From assembly GCA_038087875.1 (NCBI GenBank), contig JAXLNO010000575.1, positions 1 through 64,000 on the forward strand: a DNA stretch of 64,000 nt, read 5' to 3'. Shown piece by piece: positions 25,455-38,580 of this stretch. Position 1 is the first letter of the stretch, and each line of letters opens with the position of its first letter. Both the position numbers and the translations under genes were made by a program. This stretch comes from Malacoraja senta (taxonomy: Eukaryota). Under the pieces are notes generated by a model that saw nothing but the letters and a program-made list of their open reading frames with translations, did no database searches and had not been told where the DNA came from.

Positions 25455-26530
25455 TAGAGGAGGGGGAAGAGGGAGGAGAGGGGGGATGAGAGTGGGGAAG
25501 GGGGAGGAGTGAGGTGAGGGGGGGAGAGGAGAGGAGGGGAGGAGAGGGGGGAGGGGAGGAGATGGGGGAGGTGAGGGGGGAAGGGGTGGAAGGGGGGAGA
25601 GGGGAGGAGAGGGGGGGGAGGGGGAGGGGGGGAGAAGAGTGGGGGAGGGGGCCCTCGCTCGGGTACACGCCCACCCGCAGCCTCGCTTGGGCCCGGCGCC
25701 TGGTAGGGAAGCTGCTGCTCTATGACCTGGGTAGGTGCTGCCTCTACCCAATCCCTCTGTGTCCCCTCCCTTTCTGCCCCCCTCCCTTTCTGCCCCCCCT
25801 CCCTCTCTGCCCCCCTCCTCCATCTCTGCCCCCCTCCCTCTCTGCCCCTCCTCCCTCTCTGCCTGCCCCCCTCCCTCTCTGCCCCACCCTCCATCTCTGC
25901 CACCCTCCATCTCTGCGCCCCTCCATCTCTGGCCCCCCTCCATCTCTGACCCCCCCTCCATCTCTGCCCCCTCTCCAACTCTGCCCCCTCTCCCTCTCTG
26001 CCCCCCTTCCTCTCTGCCCCCCTCCCTCTATACCCCCCTTCCTCTCTTCCCCCCTCCCTCTATACACCCCATCCCTCTCTGCACCCCCCCCTCTCTGCCC
26101 CCCTCTCTGTTCCCCCTCCCTCTCTAGGGAGTTGTGAATATTGGGACCTATGGGTGAGTGGTATCGTATTGCGTTCGGGAACCAGCCCTCCACTGTGACG
26201 CCGCTCGCCCCCCACCCCTCAATCTCTACCACCCCCCCTCTCCCTCTCCACCCCCCCTCTCTAGCCGCGCCTGAACAGTTGGGGGTTATGCGTGAGTGGA
26301 TAGGGTGGGGGATGGGGTAAAAGGAGCGAATGAATAATATTAATATAATATCAAGGGGGGTGGTTAGTGAGTGTGTGTGTGACGCCGAAGGCCGCCCCCC
26401 CCACCCGCAACCGCAACGGGTCCCACTTGGTCTAGTATATTACTAAAACTCTCATCTTGTTTGTTTCTGTGTATGTGGTGAGTCCCCGATTGTCCTGCAA
26501 TGTAAACTAGCAAGTTTCGTTCAGTTTTAT
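25455..26530 (+). mobile_element. Probable non-autonomous Helitron-like unit with G-rich and C-rich tracts
   Basis: cccg..cgggtcccacttggtCTAG (26432-26435) is followed directly by tatattactaaaa, resembling a Helitron 3'-to-5' junction. No TIR or TSD seen. Confidence 0.5.
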
Positions 26531-28252
26531 TTTTTATTGGAGGTAAATACATATCATATTAAAGTCGTTACCAGTCTTACATTTTAAAATTAATAATATT
26601 GTCAAATATTATTACATTGTCTCCAATACTTTTTTCCTTTTTTTTTTAAAAACTAAATAGAACTAAAAAGATAGATGAAATAAAGAAAGAAAAGAGAGAA
26701 AAGAAAAAAAAAAAAGGAAACAAAGAAAACAAAAAAGAAAGAGATAATAAAGAAGAATGGAATATAAAGATAAAAAACTTCATTCGAGATATATTCGTAC
26801 ATTTCAGAATTTAACATTTCATCTATTCCTTGGCTCGAGTGCTAGTCAGGTTCTCGTGCTGAACCGTTCTGACCCTTTAGATAATCAATAAAGGGAGACC
26901 ATGTTCCAGCGAATAGTTCTTGTTTGTCCAACAGGACAAGTCTAATTCTTTCCAAGTGTAAGGTCTCCGTCATTTCTATAATCCACATTTTAATTGTGGG
27001 GGTTATAGTGCCTTTCCAAAATTTTAGAATTAATTTTTTCCCAGTTATTATACTATAATCAATAAAGTTTCTTTGAGTTGTTGTAAATGTTTGATTTAGT
27101 TCTAATGTTCCTAGTATTATTAATTTTGGATCCGGGTCTAATTGAGTGCTGGTCACTTTAGATATTATTCTGAAAATATTTGCCCAGAATTTTTTAATTT
27201 TTATGCAATTTGCAAACATATGAGATAAGTTAGCTTCTAAATGTTGACATTTATCACATATAGGTGAAATATGTGGGAAGATTTTATTTAATTTTGTTTT
27301 AGAATAATGTAACCTGTGTATTACTTTAAATTGTATTAGAGAGTGTCTGGCATTTAATGAACATTGATGTATGTGTTGTAAACTTTCTTCCCAAGTATCT
27401 TTCATTATTATTTGATTTAATTATTTTTCCCATGTTTGTCTATGTAAGTCCGTCGATGGGATATCGCTGTCTAATAAAATATTATATATGTAAGATATTA
27501 ATTTTTCTGTATTAGGATGTGTATTCCAACAGTCGTCAAGAATTTCTGAATTTCTAATTCTAAAGTTTTGAGTATTTGCTTTTACATAATCTCTAAGTTG
27601 AAGATATCTGAAAAAATCATTTACTTGAAGTCCATAAGTTTGCTGCAACTCCTGAAATGAAAGAAAAGTGCCTTGTAAAGTTGTCCCATCTTTTTAATTC
27701 CATAGTTTTTCCATTGTGTAAAACCTTTGTCCAACCATGAGGGCTTAAACAAAGGATTATTCACAATTGGAAGAAAAAGTGATAAGTTATCTAATTTTAA
27801 TGTCTTTTTTAATTGTTTCCAAATTCGCATAGCACTATATATTATAGGATTTTCCCTATAAATTTTTTTGTTTAATTTAGAAGTAGCAAATAGTATCGAG
27901 CCGATTTCAAAAGGTGAACAATCTTCCTTTTCCATTTTTAACCAATCTGGTTGTTGATCTATTTCTTCCAACCAAAAATTCATATTTTTAATGTTAACTG
28001 CCCAAAAATAAAACAGAAAGTTTGGTAAAACCAAGCCTCCATTTATTTTTGATTTGCACAGATGTTTTTTGCTTATCCTATGATTCTTATAATCCCAGAT
28101 AAAGTCACTGACAATGGAATCCAACTTTTTAAAAAAGTTTTTTGACAAGTATATCGGAATTGTTTGAAAAAGGTATAATATTTGCGGTAAGGAAATCATT
28201 TTTATGGCATTAAGTTTACCAACCATTGAGATAGGAAGTGTTTTCCAATACT
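26531..28252 (-). mobile_element. L1-clade LINE 3' fragment
   Basis: GKLNAIKMI.LPQILYLFQTIP, GGLVLPNF, IQFKVIHRLHYSK..CDKC..HMF..C (CCHC knuckle), A-rich UTR. Confidence 0.9.
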
Positions 28253-28630
28253 GAATATTCTTATGTAGTTTATTCAGTGTGTGTGGGAGGGGTGGTTAGT
28301 GAGTGTGTGTGTGACGCACACACTCACCCCCCCCCCCCCGCAACCGCAACGGGTCCCACTTGGTCTAGTATATTACTAAAACTCTCATCTTGTTTGTTTC
28401 TGTGTATGTGTGAGTCCCCGATTGTCCTGCAATGTAAACTAGCAAGTTTCGTTCAGTTTTATGGTATATTTTACAATTATTGGCATTTTAAACTTTACAA
28501 AAAACACTGTTCTACTTGCCCTGTCCTTCAGCTGGAGGAACTTTTTACAGAATTCAAATATGAGTTTTTTGGCTGATATTAGTCCATAGGCGACAAAGTG
28601 TCGCTGAAAAACAACTCAATTTACTACATG
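28253..28630 (+). mobile_element. Second Helitron-like junction and continuation
   Basis: Repeats 26357-26530 (CTAG at 28365-28368) and then continues beyond the point where the first copy stops. Confidence 0.45.
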
Positions 28631-29365
28631 CCTCTGATATTCCCAGTATTATCAGTTTTGAGTCTGGCTCTAATGGGATTTTCAGTATATTGGAGAGGAT
28701 GTTGAATACTTCTGTCCAAAAACGTTCTATTTTTGTACAGAGTACAAAACTGTGGGTTAAAATGGCTTCTTGGAACTGACACTTATCGCAAAGAGGGGAA
28801 ACACTTTAGAACATTTTGTTCAGTTTGTTTTTTGAGTAGTATAACCTGTGCAACACTTTGAACTGTATCAGGCAATGTCTGGCATTTAGGGAGCAAGTAT
28901 GGATATATTGTAAGCTTTCATCCCATATATCATTTGAGATTTGTTGACCCATCTCATCTTCCCATGCACGCCTGTAAACCTCAGATGATGGGGTGTTGAT
29001 GTTTTGAAGAACATTGTAAATGTAGGATAACAACTTCTCTGTATCTGCATGTCTATTCAAACATTCATCGAGTTTATCTGGACTTGCAGTGGTGTAGTCT
29101 TGCCTGTATGTTTCCACATAGTAACCTAACCTGAAGATATCTGAAAAAATTATTAGTATTCAAATCGTATTTCTCCCGCAACTCTTGGAAGGAGGAAAAG
29201 TCCCCTTCCAATATAGGTCTCCCACAGTGTTGATTCCTTTGTTCTTCCATTGGGTGAAAACACCACCTAAAGTAGAGGGTTTAAAAGAGGGATTGTTTGC
29301 AATAGGAAGAAGGAGAGACATGTCTCTCAATTTGAGACTGAGCTTCAACTGTTTGCCGATACGAA

Positions 29366-30085
29366 CTTCCACTAGGGGCGTCGCATTGAAGGCAGCCTCT
29401 GCCTACAGTCCATTTGTTTTTCAATCTTTTTTTAATTTTTTAGTCCGTTTTAAAGTATGTTTTGGGGAATCTTTAACTTTTCTATGTGGGGGAGGGGGGG
29501 AGGGGGGTAGGGTAAGGGGGAAAACAGTTTCCCAGTCGCTTCCTGGCGGGGACGCGACTATTCTCTGAGTCAAGTTCTCGCCCCCCTCCTCGCGGCCTAC
29601 CACCTGGATTGACGCGACCTTTCCTGCTGGGGACACGGACCAGAGCTTCAACAGCGGCGGCACAGCGCTGGATTTACCGCGGAGCGGGCGATGCCTACCT
29701 GGATCGCCGTTTGGAGCTCCGGAGCGTTGGGCCGCTGCTCCAACATCGCTGAGCTGTGGTTTGGAGAGCTTCCAGCGCGGGCGGCGCTGAACAACATCGC
29801 GGAGTCCTGGGGCCCTTTGCCGAGGGCCGCCAGCGTTGAATCTCCGCCCAGTGCGGCCTGCGGACTTTGTGGACAGCCGTGGACTCCGGTAGGAGGTGCC
29901 CGACTCGGATGTCCAACCGCTGAGGATGTCCTCCAGTCCCGACATCAGACTTCCATCACCCCGGCGAGCGGGCCTGAACATCGTGTGTTGTGTTCTTTAT
30001 TTTTATTGTATGACTGTATGGTGATCACACATTTCACTGTACCAACTGGCACATGTGACAAATAAATGTATCTTGTATCTTGTAT
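29366..30085 (+). mobile_element. Non-autonomous element with a Rex/Babar-type 3' tail, inserted in L1 ORF2
   Basis: GC-rich non-coding body ending atttcactgt..gtgacaaataaa(tgtatct)n, like the Rex tail at 2811-2865. Splits L1 codons TIR/IGKQ. Confidence 0.65.
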
Positions 30086-30763
30086 CGAATAGTACCATGT
30101 ATTATAGGGTTATGATCGTACATTGACTTATTCAGGGATATTGGAGACAGGACAATCGAGCCTATGGAGAAAGGCAAGCAATCTTCCCTTTCCATTTTTA
30201 GCCAGTTGGCCTGTTGGTGTGAATCATCCAACCAGAAGATTATGGTTTTAATATTCGTTGCCCAGTAGTAAGAGAGGAAATTGGGTAAGGCTAGTCCTCC
30301 ATTCTCTTTGGATTTGCACAGGTGTCGTTTATGTATTCGGTGGCTTTTGTAGTCCCAAATGAAGTTATTAACAATGGAATCAATTTTTTTAAAGAAAGAT
30401 TTGGGAAGATATATCGGTACTCTCTGAAATAAATATAAAAGCTGTGGGAGAAAGATCATCTTTAAGGCATTCAATCTTCCGAGGAGGGAAATAGGCAGTG
30501 TTTTTCAAAATTGAATATAAGTATGAAGTTTTGAGATTAATGGAGGGAAATTTGTTTTGAACAGGAGGGAATATTATCTGGTAACGTAAACTCCGAGATA
30601 TCTGAATTTGTCAGTTACAATTCTAAAAGGGAACTGTTGGAGCCGGGTGATGTCTTGTGCGTTTATTGGCATAATTTTGCTTTTATTCCAATTAATTCTG
30701 TAGTCAGAGAAGGTGCCGAATTGGTCTACAATGGATAGTAAATTTGGGATACTAGTTCGGGAG

Positions 30764-32232
30764 TTCAAGTTCAAGTTCAAGTGAGTTTATTGTCATGTGT
30801 CATAGGACAATGAAATTCTTGCTTTGCTTCAGCACAACAGAACATAGAAGGCATTGACTACAAAACAGATCAGTGTGTCCATATATCATTATATAAATAT
30901 GTACACACATGAATAAATAAACTGATAAAGTGAAAATAACAGATAATGGGCTATTAATGTTCATAGTTTTGTCCGAGCCAAGTTTAATAGCCTGATGGCT
31001 GTGGGGAAGTAGCTATTCCTGAACCTGGTCGTTGCAGTCTTCACGCTCCTGTACCTTCTACCTGAAGGTAGCAGGGAGATGAGTGTATGGCCAGGATGGT
31101 GTGGGTTGATGATACTGCCAGCCTTTTTGAGGCAGTGACTGCGATAGATCCCCTCGATAGAAGGGAGGTCAGAGCCGATGATGGACTGGGCAGTGTTTAC
31201 TACTCTTTGTAGTCTTTTCCTCTCCAGGGCGCACAAGTTGCCGAACCAAGCCACGATGCAACTGGTCAGCATGCTCTCTACTGTGCACCTGTAAAAGTTA
31301 GAGAGAGTCTTCCTTGACAAACCGACTCGCCGTAATCTTCTCAGGAAGTAGAGGCGCTGATGTGCTTTCTTAATAGTAGCATCAGTGTTCTCGGACCAGG
31401 AAAGATCTTCAGAGATGTGCACGCCCAGGAATTTAAAGCTCTTAACCCTTTCAACCATCGACCCATTGATATAAACGGGACTGTGGGTCCCCATCCTACT
31501 CCTTCCAAAGTCCACAATCAGTTCCTTGGTTTTGCTGGTGTTGAGGGCCAGGTTATTGTGCTGGCACCATATGGACAGTTGCTCGATCTCTCTTCTGTAC
31601 TCTGACTCATCCCCATCAGTGATACGTCTCACAACAGTGGTGTCGTCAGCGAACTTGATGATGGAGTTCGCACTATGACCGGCTACGCAGTCATGAATAT
31701 AGAGTGAGTACAGCAGGGGGCTGAGCACGCAGCCTTGAGGTGCTCCCGTGCTGATTGTTATCGAGTCTGAAACATTTTCACCAATACGAACAGACTGTGG
31801 TCTGAGAATGAGGAAGTCGAGGATCCATTTGCAGAGGGATGCGCAGATACCCAGTTCTGCGAGTTTGGTAACCAGCTTGGAGGGGATGATTGTATTAAAT
31901 GCCGAGCTGTAATCGATGAATAACAGCCTGACATATGAGTTTTTGTTGTCCAAGTGGTCCAGAGCGGAGTGGAGGGCCAGCGAGATCGCATCCAATGTTG
32001 ATCTGTTGTGGCGGTAAGCGAACTGCAGTGGGTCCAGGTTCTTGTCGAGGTAGGAGTTGATTTGCACCATGATCAACCTCTCAAAGCACTTCATCACCAC
32101 AGACGTTAGTGCCACTGGTCGATAGCCATTGAGGCACGTCACCTTGCTCTTCTTGGGCACTGGTATAATTGATGCCCTTTTGAAGCAGGTGGGAACCTCA
32201 GACCTCAGAAGTGAGAGGTTGAAAATGTCCAT
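30764..32232 (-). mobile_element. Rex1/Babar-like LINE, 5' truncated with open RT frame, nested in L1
   Basis: ORF 30961-32370 from [61 protein letters not shown]. (gaactt)n tail. Confidence 0.92.
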
Positions 32233-34128
32233 AATGTTAGTAATGTATAATAGTACATCATCTGCATAAAGGGAAATTTTGTTCATAGTATGTCTAGTAT
32301 TGTATCTGTATATGCCTGGGTGAGACCTGATACTCTCAGCAAGTGGTTCTATGGCTAATGCAAATAGCATCGGTGAGAGAGCGCATCCTTGTCTATTGCC
32401 CCTGAATAAGTAAAATTTAGATTAAAGTGTTTGATTGGTTATTATTCTGGCACTCGGGTTATTATATAAAAGCTTCAACCATCAGATGAACCTTTCGCCT
32501 ATTTGGAAATTCCAGCGCTGTGAAAAGATAAGACCATTCAACTTGGTCAAAAGCTTTTTCCGGGTCCAATGAGATGATTGTGAGGTCTTCGTTCGGTATT
32601 CTATGTGAATAAACTATATTAAACAGGCGTCTCTGATTAAAAAATGAGTGTCGTTTAGGTATGAACCCGGTTTGATCTGAGTGTACAAGTTTGCCAATGA
32701 CTAGGCTGAGTCTACAAGCCAGAGTATTGGCTGGCATCTACTGATCGGTATTTAAAAGGGCAATTGCTCTATAAGATCCCAGCTCTTCAAGGTTCTTATC
32801 TTTTTTCGGAATTAATGTGATAATTGATTCTGCTAGAGTCTGCGGTAAAGTCTGCTCCTTGAACGCTTGGGTATACAGGCATTGTAGACGTGGGGAAATT
32901 ATATTGTTACATTTTTTGTAAAATTCATTATTGAGCCCGTCTGGGCCAGGAGTTCTTCCACTTTTCAGTGATTTAATAGTCTCTGAAATGTCCTTTACTG
33001 TTATCTCTGAACCCAACTCCTTACGTTCAGTCTCACTGAGGATTGGCAGATTGCACTTATCCAGAAAAGTCTGCATCATCACTGAATCGGCTGTTGTTTG
33101 AGATGATTAGAGGGTTTGATAAAATTGTTGAAATCTTTCGTTGATATCTTTGGGCAGTGAGAGCAGTTCTTCTTTTTCCGATCTGATTTCATGTATCGTA
33201 CGGTCGTTTTCTAATATATGAAGTTGTCTTGCTAAAAGTTTATGGGGTTTATCGCCAAATTCAAAGAGTTTTTGTTTGGTGAATTGAAATGCCCTACTGA
33301 TTCTTGCTGAGAGTATCTGGTTCAATTTGTATTTGAGTGCAGCTGTTTTGTTATGTTTTCCTGTGGATGGGTCAGCAGCATGTTCTGAGTCCAACTGTTT
33401 TATTTGTTTGTCTAGCTCCAGTTGCTCTGGCTTTCTTCTCTTGTTCTGCGATGCTTGGTAAGAAATGATGCAGCCTCTGAGGAAGGCTTTAAAGGTTTCC
33501 CAAAGCAATGATGGAGAAATACCAGGAGTGTCATTTGTCTCAAAGAAGATTTCCATCTGTAACTTCAGGTATTCACAAAATTTAGCCTCTGCGAGCATTT
33601 GTGCATTAAATCTCCAGCACGGCTGTCTTTTCGCCATTCCTTCCAGTTTCACAGAAAATGTAAGAGGACAATGATCTGAAATAATGATATTGTGATATTT
33701 TGGGTTGTAGGTATATGGCAGGAGTTTGGAATCGACCAGGAAATAATCTATTCTTGTTTACACTTTATGGACACATGAGTAGAAAGAATACTCTCTTCCT
33801 GAGGGATTGGCAATCCTCCATACATCATTTATATTTGTATTGTTTATATAAGTATTCAGAAATTCACTGCACTTGGATGTAATTATTCTTCGAAATGAAG
33901 ATCTATCTAGGTATTGGTCTAATACACAGTTTAGATCACCCCCGATTATCAAATTGGACTGGGACATATCTGGGATTAAATTAAATACTTTAATGAAAAA
34001 CTGGGGGTTATCAAAATTTGGAGCGTATATGTTCACCAAAGTCAGTGAGGTTGAGTACATTTCTCCGGTCACCATGATATACCTACCCTCCTTATCAGCT
34101 ATTGTGGACTTATGTTTGAACGTGGGTA

Positions 34129-34230
34129 GACAAAATTGCTGGAGAAACTCAGCGGGTGAGGCAGCATCTATGGAGCGAAGGAAATAGGCAAGGTTTCGGG
34201 TCGAAACCCTTCGTCGAAACCCTTCGTATA
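34129..34230 (-). mobile_element. Penelope terminal-repeat mini-insertion in the L1 endonuclease region
   Basis: Flanked by atgtttgaacg at 34112-34122 and 34231-34241; partial hammerhead sequence. Confidence 0.8.
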
Positions 34231-37200
34231 ATGTTTGAACGGGGTACCTTTATGGATAAGAATTGCGGTACCCCTGGCTTTTGAGGGAAAAGTGGAGTGG
34301 TACAGTTGTCTAATCCACCGACACCTCAGCCTGTTGTGTGAATCATTCTTGAGGTGAGTCTCCTGAAGGAATATTATGTCAGTGTTAAGGGATTTTAAGT
34401 GGGCTAGTATGTTGCCCCTTTTTATTGGTTCATTCACACCCTTGACATTCCAACTACAAAAGGTGAGTCCTTTCCCCTCAGTTTTGCTTGCTACATCATC
34501 TTGCATAGCTAATGTTATGCGTTCTCTGCTGAATTCAATGATCCAAAACGGTGGTTACAGTATTTCTTCCAAATGTAGGCTGAGTGAGAAACCCCCCACC
34601 CCACTCCCCCGCCCCCCGTAGCTATCTCCAAGGAAAGTGCACATTAGTGCAAGATACTAAGATATGTATTACAAAGAGAGGGAAAGAAAAAAAATAAAAT
34701 AAAAAGGAACAAAATATAGAAAAGCCGCTAACAAACGCCTCACAACGGCGGTAGAGTTAAAGCAACCTTCCTTACAATTAACATCTAATACGAGTATTAT
34801 TATTATTAGATAGCCCTGCACCTTTAACGTGTTAAAGAACTAAACAGAACAAAAAGTGAAGATCTTTTAGAGGCTCAACATTCCACTCTAATTAAAGTTC
34901 TATAGGGTGGCATGTTATGGGAAAGAAGTCAAAGCCCATCCTATTAGCGTTTCAGCGACAATTAAGAAAAACGCTTTGAATGTTGGAATATATAAAGTAA
35001 CTCCGCCTGTAACAAAATTTAAGGCGTCAAAGTAAGTAGCTGAATGCATACTTAACCGACATGAGTCTCGTAATAGTTATCTTTCAGCCAGTAATATTTC
35101 TACTATATTACAAAGCAGCGAGTCAGTAACAGCCTGTGTCTTATAGACTCTATAGGTAGTACTTATCCCCTGGCGGCTCCAGCAATACTCGGGCGATGCT
35201 CTGGGCAAACAGTAATGCTTCGTTCGGGTCAGTGAAGAAGGATTCAGCGCCGTCATGTGTGACACGGAGCTTGGCCGGGTATAATAGTCCAAATCGAACT
35301 CCTGGTATGTCCCTCAGTATTCCTCTTGTCTTAGAAAAGAGTGCTCTTTGTCTAACGACTTCAGGGGGATAGTCCCTGAATATCCGTATCCGTTGTCCTT
35401 GGTATGATAGGTTCCTATCCTTGGCCACTTTACGAAGTATTACCTCCATGACCTGGCAGTGGTGCACTCGCAGGATCAGATGTCGCATTGACGTCCGGCC
35501 GCGTTCACAGAGCTCTGTGTGCCCGGTCGTGCACGGGCTTCTCATCCACAGCGAGTGTGTCTTTGAGTAGTTGTGCTGTAAAGTCACGGACATTTTGACC
35601 GTGTTCTTTACCTTCTTTCACTCCGGCAATTCTCAAATGTTGACGCTTGGAAGGCCCCTCTAGATCTAGGCATTTTTCTGCTAATTTTGACACCAAGCCG
35701 GAGGTGCGCTCCACTCCAGCTTTCAACTCGTCCGTAGCGTCAGAACCTGCTGTAGCCGCTAGCTCCAGCTCAGGGATAGTCTTGCTGTGGGTGAGTGAGC
35801 TAGCATGAGTACTTTCCAGCTTACGGTTGATGTCGGTTTCCAGACGGAGAATTTCCCCTCATAGGTTCGCGGTTAGCTCTTCAATGCGAGAGCCTATCTT
35901 GGCACAGATTTCTTGTTTCACTGCTGAGAGTTCTCGGCGAAGGATTTCAATGGCTTGTAGGACCGCCATTTGGTTTGCTGTCTCGTCACGGGACTGTTTC
36001 TCAGGCGAGATCGTGGCTTTTGCGCGTTCATCTTTATTTGTCCTTTGTTTGGGTGGCATTGTGGTCTGTTTACCGGTCTACTATGTATAATTGCGTAACA
36101 GTAATGAGATGTTTAACCTTGCTTTGCAGAAGAGAAAAAAAAAATGTAACAGATTATTTAACCACCTGGCCTTTTGCCAGTGGATGCGTTGAATAATGAA
36201 GTGTTTTGTTCGTTTATTAAAGTAATTTGATCGGCAAGGTGCAGAAGTACTTAGACGTGCGTCCTATCTCTCTTCACGCTGCCTCGGGAAAGCAGCCGAC
36301 ATCATCAAAGACGTGTCCCTGTCCCACCCCGGTCATTCCTTCTTCTCCCCGCTCCCGTCCGGCAGAAGGTACAGAAGCTTGAAAGCGCGCATCACCAGAC
36401 TCAGGAACAGTTTCTTCCCCTCTGTTATCAGGCTTCTGAACGGTCCTTCCATAAGCTAGGGTACTGTCCGATTCACCTCTACCCCATTGTGGACATTGGA
36501 CTTTGTCTGTGTAACTGATGCGCTACAATGCTGAGAACTATATTCTACACTCTGTATCTTCCCCTTTGCTCTACCTATTGGACTGGAGTTTGAACTGATT
36601 GCATTTATATTTTAAATCTGAGACTGGGAGATTTAACAATAAATGATGTTGGGAGAGGGATCTAGAGTTTCACAAAACATAGAACAGTCCAGCACAGGAA
36701 CAGGCCCTTCAGCCCACAATGTCCGTGCCGTACATGATACCAAGACCAACTCTCCTCTGCCTGCACGTGATCCATATCCCTCCATTCCCTGCATATCCAT
36801 GTGCCTATCCAAAGCCTCATAAACACCACTATCATATCTGCCTCCACCCCGACCCCTGGCAGCGCGTTCCAGGCACCCGCACCCTGACTCTTGCACTCGA
36901 TGCCTCGACCGATGAAGGCAAGCGTAACGTACGCCTTCTTCACTGCCTGCTCTGTCCACTTGTGTTGCTGCCTGACCCTAATACCCCTTAGATACACACA
37001 AAATGCTGGAGTAACTCAGCGGGACAGGCAGCGTCTCTGGAGAGAAAGAATGGGTGAAGATTCGGGTCAAGATCCTTCCTCAGACTCGACCCGAAACGTC
37101 GCCCATTCCTTCTCTCCAGATATGCTGCCTGTCCCGCTGAGTTACTCCAGCACTCTGTGTCTATCTTCGGTGTAAACCAGCATCTGCAGTTCCTGCCCAC

Positions 37201-37875
37201 ACACATCATCTGCTAACCATGGCAGCACTTCGGCCCATCGAGTCTACTCCGCCATTCAATCACGGCTGGTCTATCTCTCCCCCCCTTCTCCCCATAACCC
37301 TGACGCCCATACTAATCAAGAATCTATCTATCTCTGCCTTAAAAATATCTATAGACTTTGGCCTCCACAGCCGTCTGTGGCCAAGAAATCCACAGATTCT
37401 CCTCTCTGCTGGTTGCTGGTTTACACCGAAGATAGACACAAAATGCTGGAGTAACTCAGCGGGTCAGGCAGCATCTCTGGAGAGCAGGAATGGGTGATGT
37501 TTTGGGTCCAGACCCTTCTTCAGACTGAGCGTCAGGGGAGAGGGAGAGATAGAGATAAGGAAGGGTAAAGGTGTGAAAACGAGAGGTCAAAGGAGACAAA
37601 TATCAAGGAAATTGTAGAATAGATCATCGTTAGCTAGGGGAAGGTGACAACGAAGCCAACAGAGATAACATTTAATCAGGAGGACAGTCTGACTGGTGGG
37701 AGAACTAGGGTGGGGGAGGGATGGAGAGAGAGGGAAAGCACGGGTTACTTGATTAGAGAAGTCAATGTTCATACCGCTGGGGTGTAAGCTGCCCAAGCAA
37801 AATATGAGGTGCTGTTCCTCCAATTTGCGCTGGGCCTCACTCTGACAATCGAGGAGGGCCCAGGACAGAAAGTCA

Positions 37876-37980
37876 TGGGCCTGCCCCACTTAGGCGATTT
37901 TTCAAGCGACTGCCGGTGACTGTCAAGTTGCCGGCAGTTGCCTGAAAAACCATCAACTGGAACGGCGACTGTCAGAGTGG

Positions 37981-38040
<60 letters not shown>

Positions 38041-38580
38041 CACCCCCCCCCCTTCCTTCACCAGCCCGTTATGCAGGCGGGGGACAGGGCAAGTGGTGTA
38101 AGCGCTGTCTGAGTGAAATTCACACGGTGCAAAGCCAATGTGATACAGACACACACCGCGCTGAACAGGAAGGTTGGCGCAGTAATTAAGATGGCTAAAG
38201 CACAGTGGACAGTAAGTCCTTTGGTTCTGAAAACTACTGCTTATGTTTTTTTTCCTCAATGAGCCTATGAAATTCACCGGCTACAACCTACGAGAACCTC
38301 CGAGAACCTTCAACCTCCTGGCAACCCACTAGGACCTCCTGGTGACCGATCTACGGCACGAGAATTCTCGCTAATCTCCGTGGCGGCTTCATTATAGTCG
38401 CCACTAATTTTTCTACATGTTGAAAAATTCGCGGTGACCATAATGAGGCCGCGACCAGTTCCCAGAATGCGGGAACTCCTCACGACCATGAAGGTGACTC
38501 CCCGGCAACCACCCGTGAACATGTGGCGACCATGTGGCGACTGCATCGTCTCCTGCAGTTGCCTAAGTGGGACAGGCCCT
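37876..38580. mobile_element. PIF/Harbinger-like non-autonomous element with a (CA)n tract, inside a Penelope fragment
   Basis: TIRs gggcctgccccacttaggc / gcctaagtgggacaggccct, 3-bp TCA duplication, (CA)n at about 37982-38043. Confidence 0.82.

Larger units (their letters stand above)
28631..36270 (-). mobile_element. Near-full-length L1 (5' UTR, ORF1, ORF2; 3' end lost) with three nested insertions
   Basis: ORF1 36059-35150: coiled coil, DLEG.SKRQHLRIAGV.E, DRAHR, RIRIFRDY, GLLYPAKLRV. ORF2 from 34506: SWNVKGVN, FLQETH, NIYAPN, PGPDG, EKAFD, LYADD. Confidence 0.93.

Noticed and set aside
25377..26232. Gly/Pro-rich ORFs on both strands
   Set aside because: Low-complexity G and C tracts lack stop codons by composition.
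30961..32370. 469-aa protein with two YADD/FADD motifs as a double-RT fusion
   Set aside because: Chance in-frame junction of a truncated Rex element inserted in a broken L1 ORF2.
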